Virus record (IMG/VR): IMGVR_UViG_3300017950_001657
From: an uncultured virus (IMG/VR IMGVR_UViG_3300017950_001657)
Taxonomy: Duplodnaviria; Heunggongvirae; Uroviricota; Caudoviricetes
Reading direction: 5' to 3' (one strand)
Length of the DNA: 20,000 nucleotides
A program made the position numbers and the translations under genes. Every line of letters begins with the position of its first letter. Positions within the stretch are counted from its first letter, which is position 1. Positions 6,971 to 16,763 of this stretch are shown here, one piece after another. Below the pieces are notes generated by a model. That model did no database searches and was not told the DNA's origin. It worked only from the letters and a program-made list of their open reading frames with translations.

Positions 6971-8040
6971 TATAATAATCCTAGTGCTTGCATCTGCACA
7001 TTTTCATAGTCTTCATCGTCTACAGTATAATTAAAGTAGTAGGGAACACCATCTACTTCAATAATATGTATGTTTAAGAGAGGGCTCATCATATCCCAAA
7101 TCTGTTCAGGATCGGTTGTTCCAAAACTACTTAGTACATCTACTTGCCCTAGTGGCAAATAACCTAAACTAAGCATGGGATCATTTATGTCTTTACTGTT
7201 TTCTGTAAGCCAAGAGTAATACTTGTCCATAGTACTATCATGCCAGGGTTGATCACCACCACGTACTACATCACGACCCCATTCAATATCAAACTCTCCG
7301 CTATAATATTTTAAATCTGTAATTGCTTCGCATACAGCATTGGTAAGTTTAGGCGCACCTTCATCACGGAAAACTTCGAAGTATGTTTTACCGATCTGAC
7401 ACCAGTGCATATAAACACCACCAAATACACGATCATATCCGTTAGTTATAAATCCATCGCGATATTCGTCTTGTAAATGTAAGCGTGGAGCATTTAAAAA
7501 TGTAGTGATCTGGCTAGGACGAGTCCAGTAGGGATTACGCTCATGCTTTACACGACTAAGAATATACGATTCCATTTCGTGGCACAGATTATTCAATTGT
7601 CTGATACTATACTTTACATATGGGTTAGCTTCATGATAGTACTGGCTCATGTTGCCAACCGTGCCTTGTAATATTTCAAAATGATTGTGTAGCATATTAA
7701 ACGTGTCGTGTTTAATATACTCAGGATCTTTATCAAACTTATATTTGTCTGGATGGTACCAAACAGTATCCAGAGTATACTCTTCATCAATATTATATTT
7801 TAGAGGGCTCCTATTAATACGAGTAATATGCCGATTAAGGTCAGATAGCATTGCTTCCAGACCACGTGTCTGTTTTGGAAACCCCATAAAGCAAAAGTTC
7901 TTTTCCAAGTGTAGCCCACGCTCGAGAATATCTACTAGAGCAGACTTCCATGCACGAGCCAAGGGAATATCGTGGGGAGTTATTGTGTAGTCTAACTCAC
8001 CGCCACCTTTGTAAGGGCTTTTAAGAACTACTCGTATCAA
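6970..8040 (-). CDS. Hypothetical protein, 356 aa, with His/Glu helical motifs
   Basis: Long open frame with TTG start overlapping the upstream radical SAM gene end. Motifs NMLHNHFE, LNNLCHEMES and YMHWCQIGKT. No family recognised. Confidence 0.8.
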   Translation of the reverse strand: MIRVVLKSPYKGGGELDYTITPHDIPLARAWKSALVDILERGLHLEKNFCFMGFPKQTRGLEAMLSDLNRHITRINRSPLKYNIDEEYTLDTVWYHPDKYKFDKDPEYIKHDTFNMLHNHFEILQGTVGNMSQYYHEANPYVKYSIRQLNNLCHEMESYILSRVKHERNPYWTRPSQITTFLNAPRLHLQDEYRDGFITNGYDRVFGGVYMHWCQIGKTYFEVFRDEGAPKLTNAVCEAITDLKYYSGEFDIEWGRDVVRGGDQPWHDSTMDKYYSWLTENSKDINDPMLSLGYLPLGQVDVLSSFGTTDPEQIWDMMSPLLNIHIIEVDGVPYYFNYTVDDEDYENVQMQALGLL

Positions 8041-9319
8041 TGCTTGCCCACCATTGCTTTAGTTTACCATACACCCAAGGATCATTACCAATTCTTAAGG
8101 TATCTATAAACTTTAAACCACTCCTACGACTGTCGTATAGGTCCATTCGTTTTTTGGCTTTTCGTCTAGCCTCTTGATATGTGTCGGGATACTCTTCAGC
8201 AAACGTAGGCCGATTGAGTAAGTTTACCAACACATCATGCATTGCCCCATTGGTTAGAGGAAGTACACGATTTATTATAGCATGAAGCTCTTGCTTGGGC
8301 AAGAATAAAGGAGACATTGCAATATCTGGCGTAAACGCAAAACACACCTTTACTAATAGATCCACATTTAACTCATTGGCTAGCTCTTGTATTTTTAGAA
8401 TTTGGCCTAGTCCAGGCGTAGTTAGTGTAAAGTCCAGTCGCATTTGTCTACGATGCTTGCTATGTTCTAAACCTTGCTTGAAGTTTTCTATAAACTTGTT
8501 ATAGTTTAATCCAGTACGTATGTACTCTCCAACCTCACCAACACCGTCAAGGCTAGCACAGATTTGCCAGTCTCTTACCTTCGCAAGTATGTCAGTATAA
8601 AGGTTGCAACCACCTAACTCAATACGGCTAAGGTTGGTATTGTACCTAGCGTATATACGTGGACCATCTCCAAGTTCTATAATGCGTTGCATATACCGCC
8701 AGTGCTGTTCATACATAAGTGGCTCTCCGCCCACCCAGTATATTTCCTCAACGCGATGTTCCTCGACTGCACTAGCAAACTCCTGTTCTACAGTATCTTT
8801 TTGAAACTGGTCAATGGCTTGCTTTACAGATGTTTCCATCCAAGGTTCTATTTTACCATCCATACGTGCTTCTGCTTCCCAACTGCTACTCAGCATTGGA
8901 CCGCACATACGACACTTAAAGTTGCATAGGTTAGTAAAACGATAGTCCCAACTAACAGGCTGCATACTAGTATAGCCTGTGTCATCCGTTGTTCGTGCTA
9001 TGTCATCATACTTGTGTTTGAATAAATGCCAAAAGTAATCACGGTAAACATCTGTGTTAAGTAACTTCTTGTCACATACTTCACACTCAGGTGGTAGTTC
9101 GTTTGCTAGCATTTGACGTCGTACTCTGCGAATATGTTCGCCATTCCACCATTCTTCTAGTGTTTGTGGCACATATTCATTTGTGCCATCAGCAGTGTCT
9201 ATATACTGACGGAAGTTTTGTGCAGGTTCTCTGCTAGCACAACATAACCTACGCTCTGTCTGTGGACTTAGATAGGTATGCGTCCAGGGAGCCATACATA
9301 GGTTATCTGGTTTATCCAT
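8021..9319 (-). CDS. Radical SAM protein with N-terminal Twitch/SPASM-like domain (subtype A)
   Basis: CMAPW...RLCC...CEVC, then NLCNFKCRMC (CxxxCxxC), GGEPLM and YNTN. Confidence 0.93.
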   Translation of the reverse strand: MDKPDNLCMAPWTHTYLSPQTERRLCCASREPAQNFRQYIDTADGTNEYVPQTLEEWWNGEHIRRVRRQMLANELPPECEVCDKKLLNTDVYRDYFWHLFKHKYDDIARTTDDTGYTSMQPVSWDYRFTNLCNFKCRMCGPMLSSSWEAEARMDGKIEPWMETSVKQAIDQFQKDTVEQEFASAVEEHRVEEIYWVGGEPLMYEQHWRYMQRIIELGDGPRIYARYNTNLSRIELGGCNLYTDILAKVRDWQICASLDGVGEVGEYIRTGLNYNKFIENFKQGLEHSKHRRQMRLDFTLTTPGLGQILKIQELANELNVDLLVKVCFAFTPDIAMSPLFLPKQELHAIINRVLPLTNGAMHDVLVNLLNRPTFAEEYPDTYQEARRKAKKRMDLYDSRRSGLKFIDTLRIGNDPWVYGKLKQWWASIDTSSS

Positions 9320-10295
9320 TTATAAACTCTAGTATTTTTTCTTTAGTTTGCATGTTGCGTTTGTTAATCACATCAAAAAACTTATTGTAAAAATAGTCAT
9401 AATTATAATCAACTTGATCCTGTTGGTCGAGATCAAAACTAAAGTTGCTTATTAAGTTTTTGACATAATCAACTCTTTCGAAATCCCATTCTTCGTCCCA
9501 ATTAATACCAAAATAATCTTCAAACGTTTCAAATCCTAATCCACGTAACCGTGCGTAGCCTAATCTTTGTCCAGTCATTACAAACATACTCTTTGATACT
9601 ATTGGTTTAATAATTTTTTCTGTCAAATAACCATGCAATCTGTTATCATGACTATTGCATAAACTTTCATTTGTCCAAATTAATTTGCAATCATTACAAA
9701 TTACATTGTCAGTTGACCATTGATCTCCGGCGATACTGCGTTTTGGTATATTATATTTTGACTGATACGTCGGGTTAACCGGGTTTTCCAACCACGTATA
9801 CTGTGTATCAGGATAATTATCCAACAGATGTTTGAGTATTTCCTCTTTATGCCAATCAGCTCTACGATTTAGACAACCAAATGTATATTGCCTTTGGTTT
9901 AAATTCTTTCTTGGTATTTTTGCAAACCATTTAAAATTAGGATGTGTATACCAGTGTAAATGTTCCATATGAAAATATGTTACATCTAAGGTGTTCACAG
10001 TGTCACCTAAATGTTGACTTGTTATTATAATTTTTCTGCCGGTATACTTCTTTATGGTGTCTACCAAGTCAATATTCTCACATTCGCCTAAATTTGTTAT
10101 AATATAGGTATCGTAACCTTTGGGGGGCGGCTTTTGACTCCAATCTCCTGTCATTACAAGATACGTATTGGTTTTATCTGTGACGTGTTTTAAAAATTCT
10201 AGATCTGTGCCACACTCTTGATAATATTTTCCAAATTCATAATTGTCTAGTGTACCATTATACAAGGTAAAGCCTAATATTTCCCATTCATTCAT
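9312..10295 (-). CDS. Putative GT10-like glycosyltransferase, paralog 2
   Basis: FGCLNRRADWHK...NESL...YLTEKIIKPI...LRGLGFETFED. Confidence 0.6.
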   Translation of the reverse strand: MNEWEILGFTLYNGTLDNYEFGKYYQECGTDLEFLKHVTDKTNTYLVMTGDWSQKPPPKGYDTYIITNLGECENIDLVDTIKKYTGRKIIITSQHLGDTVNTLDVTYFHMEHLHWYTHPNFKWFAKIPRKNLNQRQYTFGCLNRRADWHKEEILKHLLDNYPDTQYTWLENPVNPTYQSKYNIPKRSIAGDQWSTDNVICNDCKLIWTNESLCNSHDNRLHGYLTEKIIKPIVSKSMFVMTGQRLGYARLRGLGFETFEDYFGINWDEEWDFERVDYVKNLISNFSFDLDQQDQVDYNYDYFYNKFFDVINKRNMQTKEKILEFING

Positions 10296-11430
10296 AACCT
10301 ATTAATCTCGCAACTTCTGGATGTGTATCTGCAAAACTTACGCCTCTAAACTTATCTGTCTCACGTATTTTTGCAAATATCTTCTCTGGATCAATTACAG
10401 GCTGAGAAAGTGTAATTGCTTTAATACTACGGATCTGATCTGCATAGTCACTGTGCATAACTATTGCCTTGTCTAGTCTATGCATAAACTCTGCATGTGC
10501 ATCGCGAGGTAGATTGAGTAAACTATACTCCTCAGGATCATGCATTAGATTAAAGTGTATGTCATCTATTCCACTCTGCTTTGCCCAGTTAAGTATCTCA
10601 GTCATGTAATAAGTGTTCTGTAGATTCCAAGTAATACACAACTGCAAACTAAATGGATAGCCTTGTTCCTTCATTTCAATGAAACGTTTGATATTACGAT
10701 TTACTGTACGCCACTTTGCGCCATCACGTTCATACTCAAAACGTTTGCCGGTATTGTCTATGCTAAATGCAATCTGTACATGTTTAAAGTGCCGCCATAC
10801 TTCATGCTGTTTGGGGAACTGTGTGCCATTTGTGTTATAGTGGATGTCAATCTCGCCTGCATGCCCCTGATCCACTGCACGTTGTAGTAAATCAAAATGC
10901 TGTTTAATAAGGAAAGGTTCACCTCCAGTAAATTCAAAGTACTTTAGATTTGGTAGTAGGCTATCCAAATTGTCCCAAAAACCTTGACTGCGTCTTGGCC
11001 ATTGGCCCTCTCGTAACCACTGCTTGGCAATATGCTTGTCCCCAAACTGTGCAATTTGTTCTTGTGCCCATTTACTGCTACTCCAACTGCCGCATATGCG
11101 ACATTTAAGATTACAGATGTTGCCTAGTTTAAGATCAAGGAATATTAGGTCAGGTTCAAAAGGTACGTGCTTAAACTTTTCCAACATGTATTCACGCTTG
11201 GACTTTTTTCCAGCCGTTTCTTCAATCCAACAGCGTTCACACTGTTCAGGCTGTTTACCTTGTTCAAAAGTTTCTCGCAACTCTTGCATTGCACTGCTGT
11301 TAAATGCTTCTTCTAAAGTATGTGTACGCAAGTTTAATCCAGGTAGTTCACCTTTGTACAAACAACAGGGACGAACACCGCCTAGTGGTGTTGTTTCCAA
11401 ACTAATCCATGGCAGTATACATTTATGCAT
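10288..11430 (-). CDS. Radical SAM protein with N-terminal Twitch/SPASM-like domain (subtype A)
   Basis: CILPW...RPCC...CERCW, then NICNLKCRIC, TGGEPF and YNTNGT. Start moved to ATG at 11430 (MHKCILPW), which overlaps the upstream stop at 11423-11425. Confidence 0.93.
   Translation of the reverse strand: MHKCILPWISLETTPLGGVRPCCLYKGELPGLNLRTHTLEEAFNSSAMQELRETFEQGKQPEQCERCWIEETAGKKSKREYMLEKFKHVPFEPDLIFLDLKLGNICNLKCRICGSWSSSKWAQEQIAQFGDKHIAKQWLREGQWPRRSQGFWDNLDSLLPNLKYFEFTGGEPFLIKQHFDLLQRAVDQGHAGEIDIHYNTNGTQFPKQHEVWRHFKHVQIAFSIDNTGKRFEYERDGAKWRTVNRNIKRFIEMKEQGYPFSLQLCITWNLQNTYYMTEILNWAKQSGIDDIHFNLMHDPEEYSLLNLPRDAHAEFMHRLDKAIVMHSDYADQIRSIKAITLSQPVIDPEKIFAKIRETDKFRGVSFADTHPEVARLIGYE
11404..11421. 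repeat. 18-bp exact direct repeat AATCCATGGCAGTATACA, copy 1 (copy 2 at 12596-12613)
   Basis: Identical 18-mer encoding CILPWI at the N-termini of two adjacent radical SAM paralogs. Confidence 0.85.
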
Positions 11431-12736
11431 AGTCTTGTAATCTTTCGAGTTCAGGGAATACGCTGAAGAAACTTTCATTGCGCCAACGATCAAGTTCCTT
11501 AGCCCGCATAACAAACTCATGAATGAGCTTGCTGTTATCAGTTGTTTGCATATACTTTACTGCACTCTTAAACCCATTTGTAGCTCTTGTTAAATGATCC
11601 TGCGGTTCAAGCCATGCAATATGTTCATTGTATATATCTACTAGTTCAGTCTTCATGTCATTGGGTAGTACATCCAAACGGAAACGCACAGGATCTTGTA
11701 ATATATTAACATTCCAATCACTGGGTTTGACTAGTCCTAGCTCTACCCATTCTCTATGAAAGTTAACAATATTATAACTGTTCATCAGGCTTAGTGTTGA
11801 ACTTACATAAAAATCTACAGTAGGACACTTCTCTAGCATACGTTCTCTGTTTGCTACAATCTTACTCCACTCTGTACCTTTACGCATGAGCTCACCACGT
11901 GCATAGTTTGCATCCAAACTTGCCCCAATGCTTACAATGTCAAACTCATTCCACATGTCCAGCACATCCTGCTGTTTGAATACTAGCTCTGTAAAGTTTG
12001 TATTGTAGTTTAGTCTAACATCTGTGCGGCCTCTGCGTAATAGTTCACGAAGCAATTTGTAATGCTCTGCCATCATTAGTGGTTCACCACCTGCAAAGTA
12101 AATGTTTTCTATGCTGTCTATGTGTGGTTCTAACTGTTCCCACATGTCCATTTCGTAGCGTCCTGCGTACTGCACGTTGGGATGATCCTGTGGTAACCAA
12201 CTCATCTTCTTTGCTTCTTTTACCCAGTTGCTGCTAAAAATATCACCGCATGTACGACAAGCTAGGTTACATAAATTACTAAAGCGTATGTCATAGTACT
12301 TGAGTTCAAAACGATCTAGTGTTCCGTCATCTAGTGTTTCATCTACAACCGCAATGTGATGACCTTCATTTTTGTTTTGACTGTAGCGCATGCTAACAAA
12401 GCCTGCTGCTTCCTGTTCATAACATTTGGTACACTGTTTGCAAGGTTTATCTGCTAACATGTTACGACGCATTTCACGTAATGGTTCGTCGTTCCATACT
12501 TCAGCCATAGTCTGTTCACGCAGGTTACCAACTGGATGTTCCATTAGTCCCAAGCAACAAGGATAGGCACGGCCATCTGGAAACGCATGCAAGTGAATCC
12601 ATGGCAGTATACAAAATGATTCACTGGTTAACAGTCTGTCACGCTGCACGTCTGTAAGATCTTCTACATCAATGTACACAGGTTTACGTGTATGATAATC
12701 GTAGTTTTTATAATAATTTTCTAATTTGTCTGTCAT
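11423..12736 (-). CDS. Radical SAM protein with N-terminal Twitch/SPASM-like domain (subtype A)
   Basis: CILPWIH...DGRAYPCC...VGNLREQTMAEVWN...CTKCY, then NLCNLACRTC, AGGEPL and YNTN. Confidence 0.94.
   Translation of the reverse strand: MTDKLENYYKNYDYHTRKPVYIDVEDLTDVQRDRLLTSESFCILPWIHLHAFPDGRAYPCCLGLMEHPVGNLREQTMAEVWNDEPLREMRRNMLADKPCKQCTKCYEQEAAGFVSMRYSQNKNEGHHIAVVDETLDDGTLDRFELKYYDIRFSNLCNLACRTCGDIFSSNWVKEAKKMSWLPQDHPNVQYAGRYEMDMWEQLEPHIDSIENIYFAGGEPLMMAEHYKLLRELLRRGRTDVRLNYNTNFTELVFKQQDVLDMWNEFDIVSIGASLDANYARGELMRKGTEWSKIVANRERMLEKCPTVDFYVSSTLSLMNSYNIVNFHREWVELGLVKPSDWNVNILQDPVRFRLDVLPNDMKTELVDIYNEHIAWLEPQDHLTRATNGFKSAVKYMQTTDNSKLIHEFVMRAKELDRWRNESFFSVFPELERLQDYA
12596..12613. repeat. 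18-bp exact direct repeat AATCCATGGCAGTATACA, copy 2
   Basis: Identical to 11404-11421. Confidence 0.85.
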
Positions 12737-14079
12737 AGACTGTTATACCATTCAGCTAATTCTGGGAAAGTCTCAGTAAAGTTTTTATTCCTGCGCACAT
12801 CATACTGCCTATAAAACTTTTTAAAGTCGTTGTGTAGTTTAGGCATTTCAAACGCTTCACTATGCGGCGTTTCTACTGTACGCAAATATGTTACCAGTCG
12901 TTCCAACTGTCCTTGTTCAAACTGATGCATTGGCGTGCTGCGGTTAAGGTACTTGGGTGCCCAACGTTTGTATAAGTCTTCTAGTCTATCAGCGTGACGA
13001 TTACGAATATCATTAGGAAGTACTAAGGGCGACTGAAAACTTGGAAAGCGTAATATATTTAAACTGAATACTGCAAAGTTATTTCCTAACAGTTTTCTTG
13101 CTTGTAATATTTGATCGATTAGATCCGGTAGTGTTTCTAAACACAATGCGTTAATGGTCATCATACAATGTGTACCGATGCCTGCCTCACTTAATTTACA
13201 AATATTTTCCCACCAGTATTCAAAGTCCAAACCATCACGAATATATTCTGCTCTTGCACTAGTGCTTTCACAACTTGTATAAACATCCAAACTAGGCAAA
13301 TAACTACGTGCGCTTATTAGTCTATCAATGAATTCCTGCTTACCGCCTAAGTTACTATTAATAGCAAGTTTGGTTTGACTTTTGTCTACGTTAGCTTTGA
13401 ACCAATCTATCAAACGCCACAAGTCTGCACTCATTGTTGGCTCACCGCCGGTTACTCGTAGTTCACGTAGTGTACTGTGGAGATCAGTTTCCCACCATTT
13501 AAAAAATGCTTCTACGTAAGGATTTCTATCCTCCACCCCATAAAGCTGGCTACTACTATGAACGTGAGTAAAGTGGTTGCGGCCATCACTAACAAGGCCT
13601 TGATAACTACCATTTGTTTTTAAGTCCTTTACCCATGTGCTACTAAAAGCAGGATTACAATAACTGCAAGCAAAATTGCAGGTACGATCAAAGGCAATTT
13701 CGAGTGTTCGGAGATTGACGTCACTATCATGCGGGCTATTTCGCGCATCTTGTAATTCCTCATCAGTATATATCTTACTTTTGTATACACGGTCACTTAT
13801 AAAGTTAGAACCCATGTCCTCTATTTTCCAACAGTATTCACAACCCTGTGGTCGTTCCCCACACTGCATTTGTCGTCTTTGTTCTTTTTTCTCCGGTGTA
13901 TTATGTAACAGTTTTGGGTTTGCTTCTACCTCAACAGGATCTACTTTATGTGGCAATGGATGATGGCAACTGGTGGTCATGCCACTACCTAACCATATGG
14001 TGGCATTGTACCACTTAGCACCGCAGAAGGTCGGACTAAGTTTATCGAGGACCTGCTGCTTGTAGGTTAGATCATCCAT
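12733..14079 (-). CDS. Radical SAM protein with N-terminal Twitch-like domain (subtype B)
   Basis: FCGAKW...GMTTSCHHP...CEYCWKIE...SDRVYKS, then RTCNFACSYC and TGGEPTM. Confidence 0.93.
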   Translation of the reverse strand: MDDLTYKQQVLDKLSPTFCGAKWYNATIWLGSGMTTSCHHPLPHKVDPVEVEANPKLLHNTPEKKEQRRQMQCGERPQGCEYCWKIEDMGSNFISDRVYKSKIYTDEELQDARNSPHDSDVNLRTLEIAFDRTCNFACSYCNPAFSSTWVKDLKTNGSYQGLVSDGRNHFTHVHSSSQLYGVEDRNPYVEAFFKWWETDLHSTLRELRVTGGEPTMSADLWRLIDWFKANVDKSQTKLAINSNLGGKQEFIDRLISARSYLPSLDVYTSCESTSARAEYIRDGLDFEYWWENICKLSEAGIGTHCMMTINALCLETLPDLIDQILQARKLLGNNFAVFSLNILRFPSFQSPLVLPNDIRNRHADRLEDLYKRWAPKYLNRSTPMHQFEQGQLERLVTYLRTVETPHSEAFEMPKLHNDFKKFYRQYDVRRNKNFTETFPELAEWYNSL

Positions 14080-15101
14080 TCAAAGATATGTTCCATTTTG
14101 TATTCTTGTTCACTACTGAACTCATAAAAACGTTCTTTATTATAACGTAGATCGTCTAGCATGTCACTATACATACTAGTCAAATCCTGTGTTTGTAAAT
14201 GCTCTAACACTTGCCACACAGTATCGTGAGGGCCTTGTGTTTCAGCTGGTATATGATCCCAGTAATGATTGAATGTTTTAAACCCATGATTACGCATCCA
14301 TGCATAGGTTTTAGGATTTCCGTGTACAATGTATGGACGTAATCCTATTGTAGCTTTCCACATTTTCTCCGTAACTAACAACGGTTGCCATTCGTCAAAA
14401 ACAGTTTCACTGATAATGTTCAAGAAATGATTCTGCCATAAATCTAGTCTGCCTAATGTTACTAGATCATTCGGAATACCTGCAAAATCATCATGACTGC
14501 CGTTGTGCAGATAGTTTTCTGGATAGTCTTCGATAGTTATTGGTTCCCAGTGTTGTATGCCACCTTGCCAGTCAATTCCCTCTTGTGGTCCACCTAGTGT
14601 CACTATACCATGTTTGAGTAAATCTCTTAGTCTAAGTATTTCAGTTATCTCAACTCTATGTAATCTAGGTTTGCGTTGATATAGCATGTACATGTATATA
14701 GGTTGTTGCATAACTACTTGATCTTCAGTGTACTTTGGCATTAAGTCTTTGCCAATTAGTCCATGGAAGTTCCATTCATAGGGACTGTTTTCAAACATGC
14801 CTATACGGTAAATGTTTTTGATATTATATTTCTTTACAATACTATCTAGATCTTCGCTGGTAAGATATACCGGATCAATTACACTTAGTAAAAACAAGTT
14901 ATCAAAATCGTGCGTAAAGCTCATTGCACGTTTATATTCGTTGTTTTCAAACTGACTACCAAACCAAGTTGTATTAATAACGAGATTACGATCGTTAGGA
15001 AAAGCACTAGCTACTTGTTGTACTGTGCTGTCAAAAATGTGTTTTTCTTCAGGGCCATATTGCCAACTAATTGGAAAATGAGTGCCTACACGTTCTAGCA
15101 T
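14067..15101 (-). CDS. Putative GT10-like glycosyltransferase, paralog 3
   Basis: LYQRKPRLHR...NIISETVF...LVTEKMWKATIGLRPYIVHG...GFKTFNHYW. Confidence 0.6.
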   Translation of the reverse strand: MLERVGTHFPISWQYGPEEKHIFDSTVQQVASAFPNDRNLVINTTWFGSQFENNEYKRAMSFTHDFDNLFLLSVIDPVYLTSEDLDSIVKKYNIKNIYRIGMFENSPYEWNFHGLIGKDLMPKYTEDQVVMQQPIYMYMLYQRKPRLHRVEITEILRLRDLLKHGIVTLGGPQEGIDWQGGIQHWEPITIEDYPENYLHNGSHDDFAGIPNDLVTLGRLDLWQNHFLNIISETVFDEWQPLLVTEKMWKATIGLRPYIVHGNPKTYAWMRNHGFKTFNHYWDHIPAETQGPHDTVWQVLEHLQTQDLTSMYSDMLDDLRYNKERFYEFSSEQEYKMEHIFEWMI

Positions 15102-15925
15102 TAGATCATATTCCTAACACCGTCTCTGAAACTGGTTGGGCATTCTAGACCCAAGCTCTTCATACGAGTAGTATCTGCATATCTATGACCTGCACCTTCT
15201 GGCTCATCAGTGTCTCGCTCTACAGGCACACGCTCTCCCCATATAAGTTCATAGATAGTTTCCGCGACTTCAATAAAGTCAATTGGAATACCTGTTCCAA
15301 TATTGACTGTTATACTATCATCTCTTTGGATTAGCGTGTTCCAAATAGCCAGTGCATCGTCAATATAAACCCAGTCACGTGTTTGTGTCCCGCTACCCCA
15401 TACACTACACTGCTTACGTTTGGCACGTTCGATAATAGCAGGTAGCGGATAGTCCATGCTCTGTCCAGGTCCATATATACTAAAAGGTCTAACAACCATA
15501 CTAGGTATTTTGCAAAACTCTAGCATACGTTCTGCCATAAGTTTTTCCATACCGTATAAGTCAAACGTATCACTACTGCCAAATGTATCCTCTTGCATAG
15601 GAGTACCAGTTTTATGCTGTAGGTCCACGGGATATGCTGCACAACTACTTGGGTAAAGTATTTTACCACAATGCTGTTCTGCCCAACTAAAGGCAATCCT
15701 ATCTAGTTCAGCGTTCTCTGCAATACGCCAATAGTTATTATCGATACCTTTGCGTCCTCCTACGTAGGCTGCAAAATGTATGAGCACATCAAAGTTTTCA
15801 TTGGGCATACCCTTGCGTATGTCTTCTTGAATGTCCATGCCTGTAACAGCATGACCTTGATCTGCAAAATATTTTTGTGCGTGGCTACCTAAAAAGCCTC
15901 TGTTACCTGTAATTAATATTTTCAT
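15101..15925 (-). CDS. NAD-dependent NDP-sugar epimerase/dehydratase (extended SDR)
   Basis: ILITGNRGFLG (Rossmann), HFAAYVGG, SSCAAY, YGMEK (YxxxK), RPFSIYGPG and VWGSGTQTRDWVYIDD. AAxVGG plus SSC recall GDP-sugar epimerases and reductases. Confidence 0.93.
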   Translation of the reverse strand: MKILITGNRGFLGSHAQKYFADQGHAVTGMDIQEDIRKGMPNENFDVLIHFAAYVGGRKGIDNNYWRIAENAELDRIAFSWAEQHCGKILYPSSCAAYPVDLQHKTGTPMQEDTFGSSDTFDLYGMEKLMAERMLEFCKIPSMVVRPFSIYGPGQSMDYPLPAIIERAKRKQCSVWGSGTQTRDWVYIDDALAIWNTLIQRDDSITVNIGTGIPIDFIEVAETIYELIWGERVPVERDTDEPEGAGHRYADTTRMKSLGLECPTSFRDGVRNMI

Positions 15926-16763
15926 ATACGTACTCTGCCCATTGTTTGTGATAGTCTGCTAACGGATGTTGATTACGGAATATATTAGTATCTGAGTAAT
16001 GCTGTTCTCTGTATTCAACACTGTCTATTAGCTGTAACATCCATTGCTTAAAGTCTACTAGTTGTTTACCGCTAACAAACTCTTCGATAGTCAGCAGTCT
16101 TTCAACTGCTGTCATATCTGTATAGACACATTTGTCGTCAGTAATTCCTATTGTTTTGTACCAAGCGTCAAAACTTGAAGTGAAACCTAAACTATCTATC
16201 ATATTAGTAGTAAGGTATAGATTAACGTGAGGAAACTGTAAACTGTTGCGTATTTGTTTTATAGCCGTTGTATTTAACAATTCCAAAAGACTGTAATAAT
16301 CATTAGGTGTGTTTATATTTTGTTTGAACCACTCTACGTAGTCAAAGTCATGATCAATATCTGTGTTAAACATTCTACCAGCACCTGTAAACACACAGAC
16401 TACTAGGATCTTTTCATAGTTTAACAATGGCACAATATTGGCAAACTCAGTTATCCTGTTAGCCATCCATTGATTTCCTTGAGCACACAATGCGAGATTT
16501 AACCAGTCCGAGCCCATCATACCTGAGAGTTGGTTTCCCCAAACGGATTTTAATCTATAGTCATCGTCAGAGTTGTTCTCGCTTATATCGCTACCCCAAG
16601 TCCAACTATCTCCGACAGTAACTAGTAGAATGTTGCTTGATCTGCTTACAAAGTCAAAAGTGTTTGTAGGAGTTAGATACCAGCTATTAGTGCTATCAGC
16701 GATAGTAAAATACCTAGGAAGTACTTCTTTAGCTAAAACTATTGGCAATGTATTTGCACTCAT
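15903..16763 (-). CDS. SGNH/GDSL-like hydrolase or acyltransferase, second copy
   Basis: VTVGDSWTWGSD, NLALCAQGN and C-terminal HPLADYHKQWA. Exact start uncertain. Confidence 0.75.
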   Translation of the reverse strand: MSANTLPIVLAKEVLPRYFTIADSTNSWYLTPTNTFDFVSRSSNILLVTVGDSWTWGSDISENNSDDDYRLKSVWGNQLSGMMGSDWLNLALCAQGNQWMANRITEFANIVPLLNYEKILVVCVFTGAGRMFNTDIDHDFDYVEWFKQNINTPNDYYSLLELLNTTAIKQIRNSLQFPHVNLYLTTNMIDSLGFTSSFDAWYKTIGITDDKCVYTDMTAVERLLTIEEFVSGKQLVDFKQWMLQLIDSVEYREQHYSDTNIFRNQHPLADYHKQWAEYVYENINYR

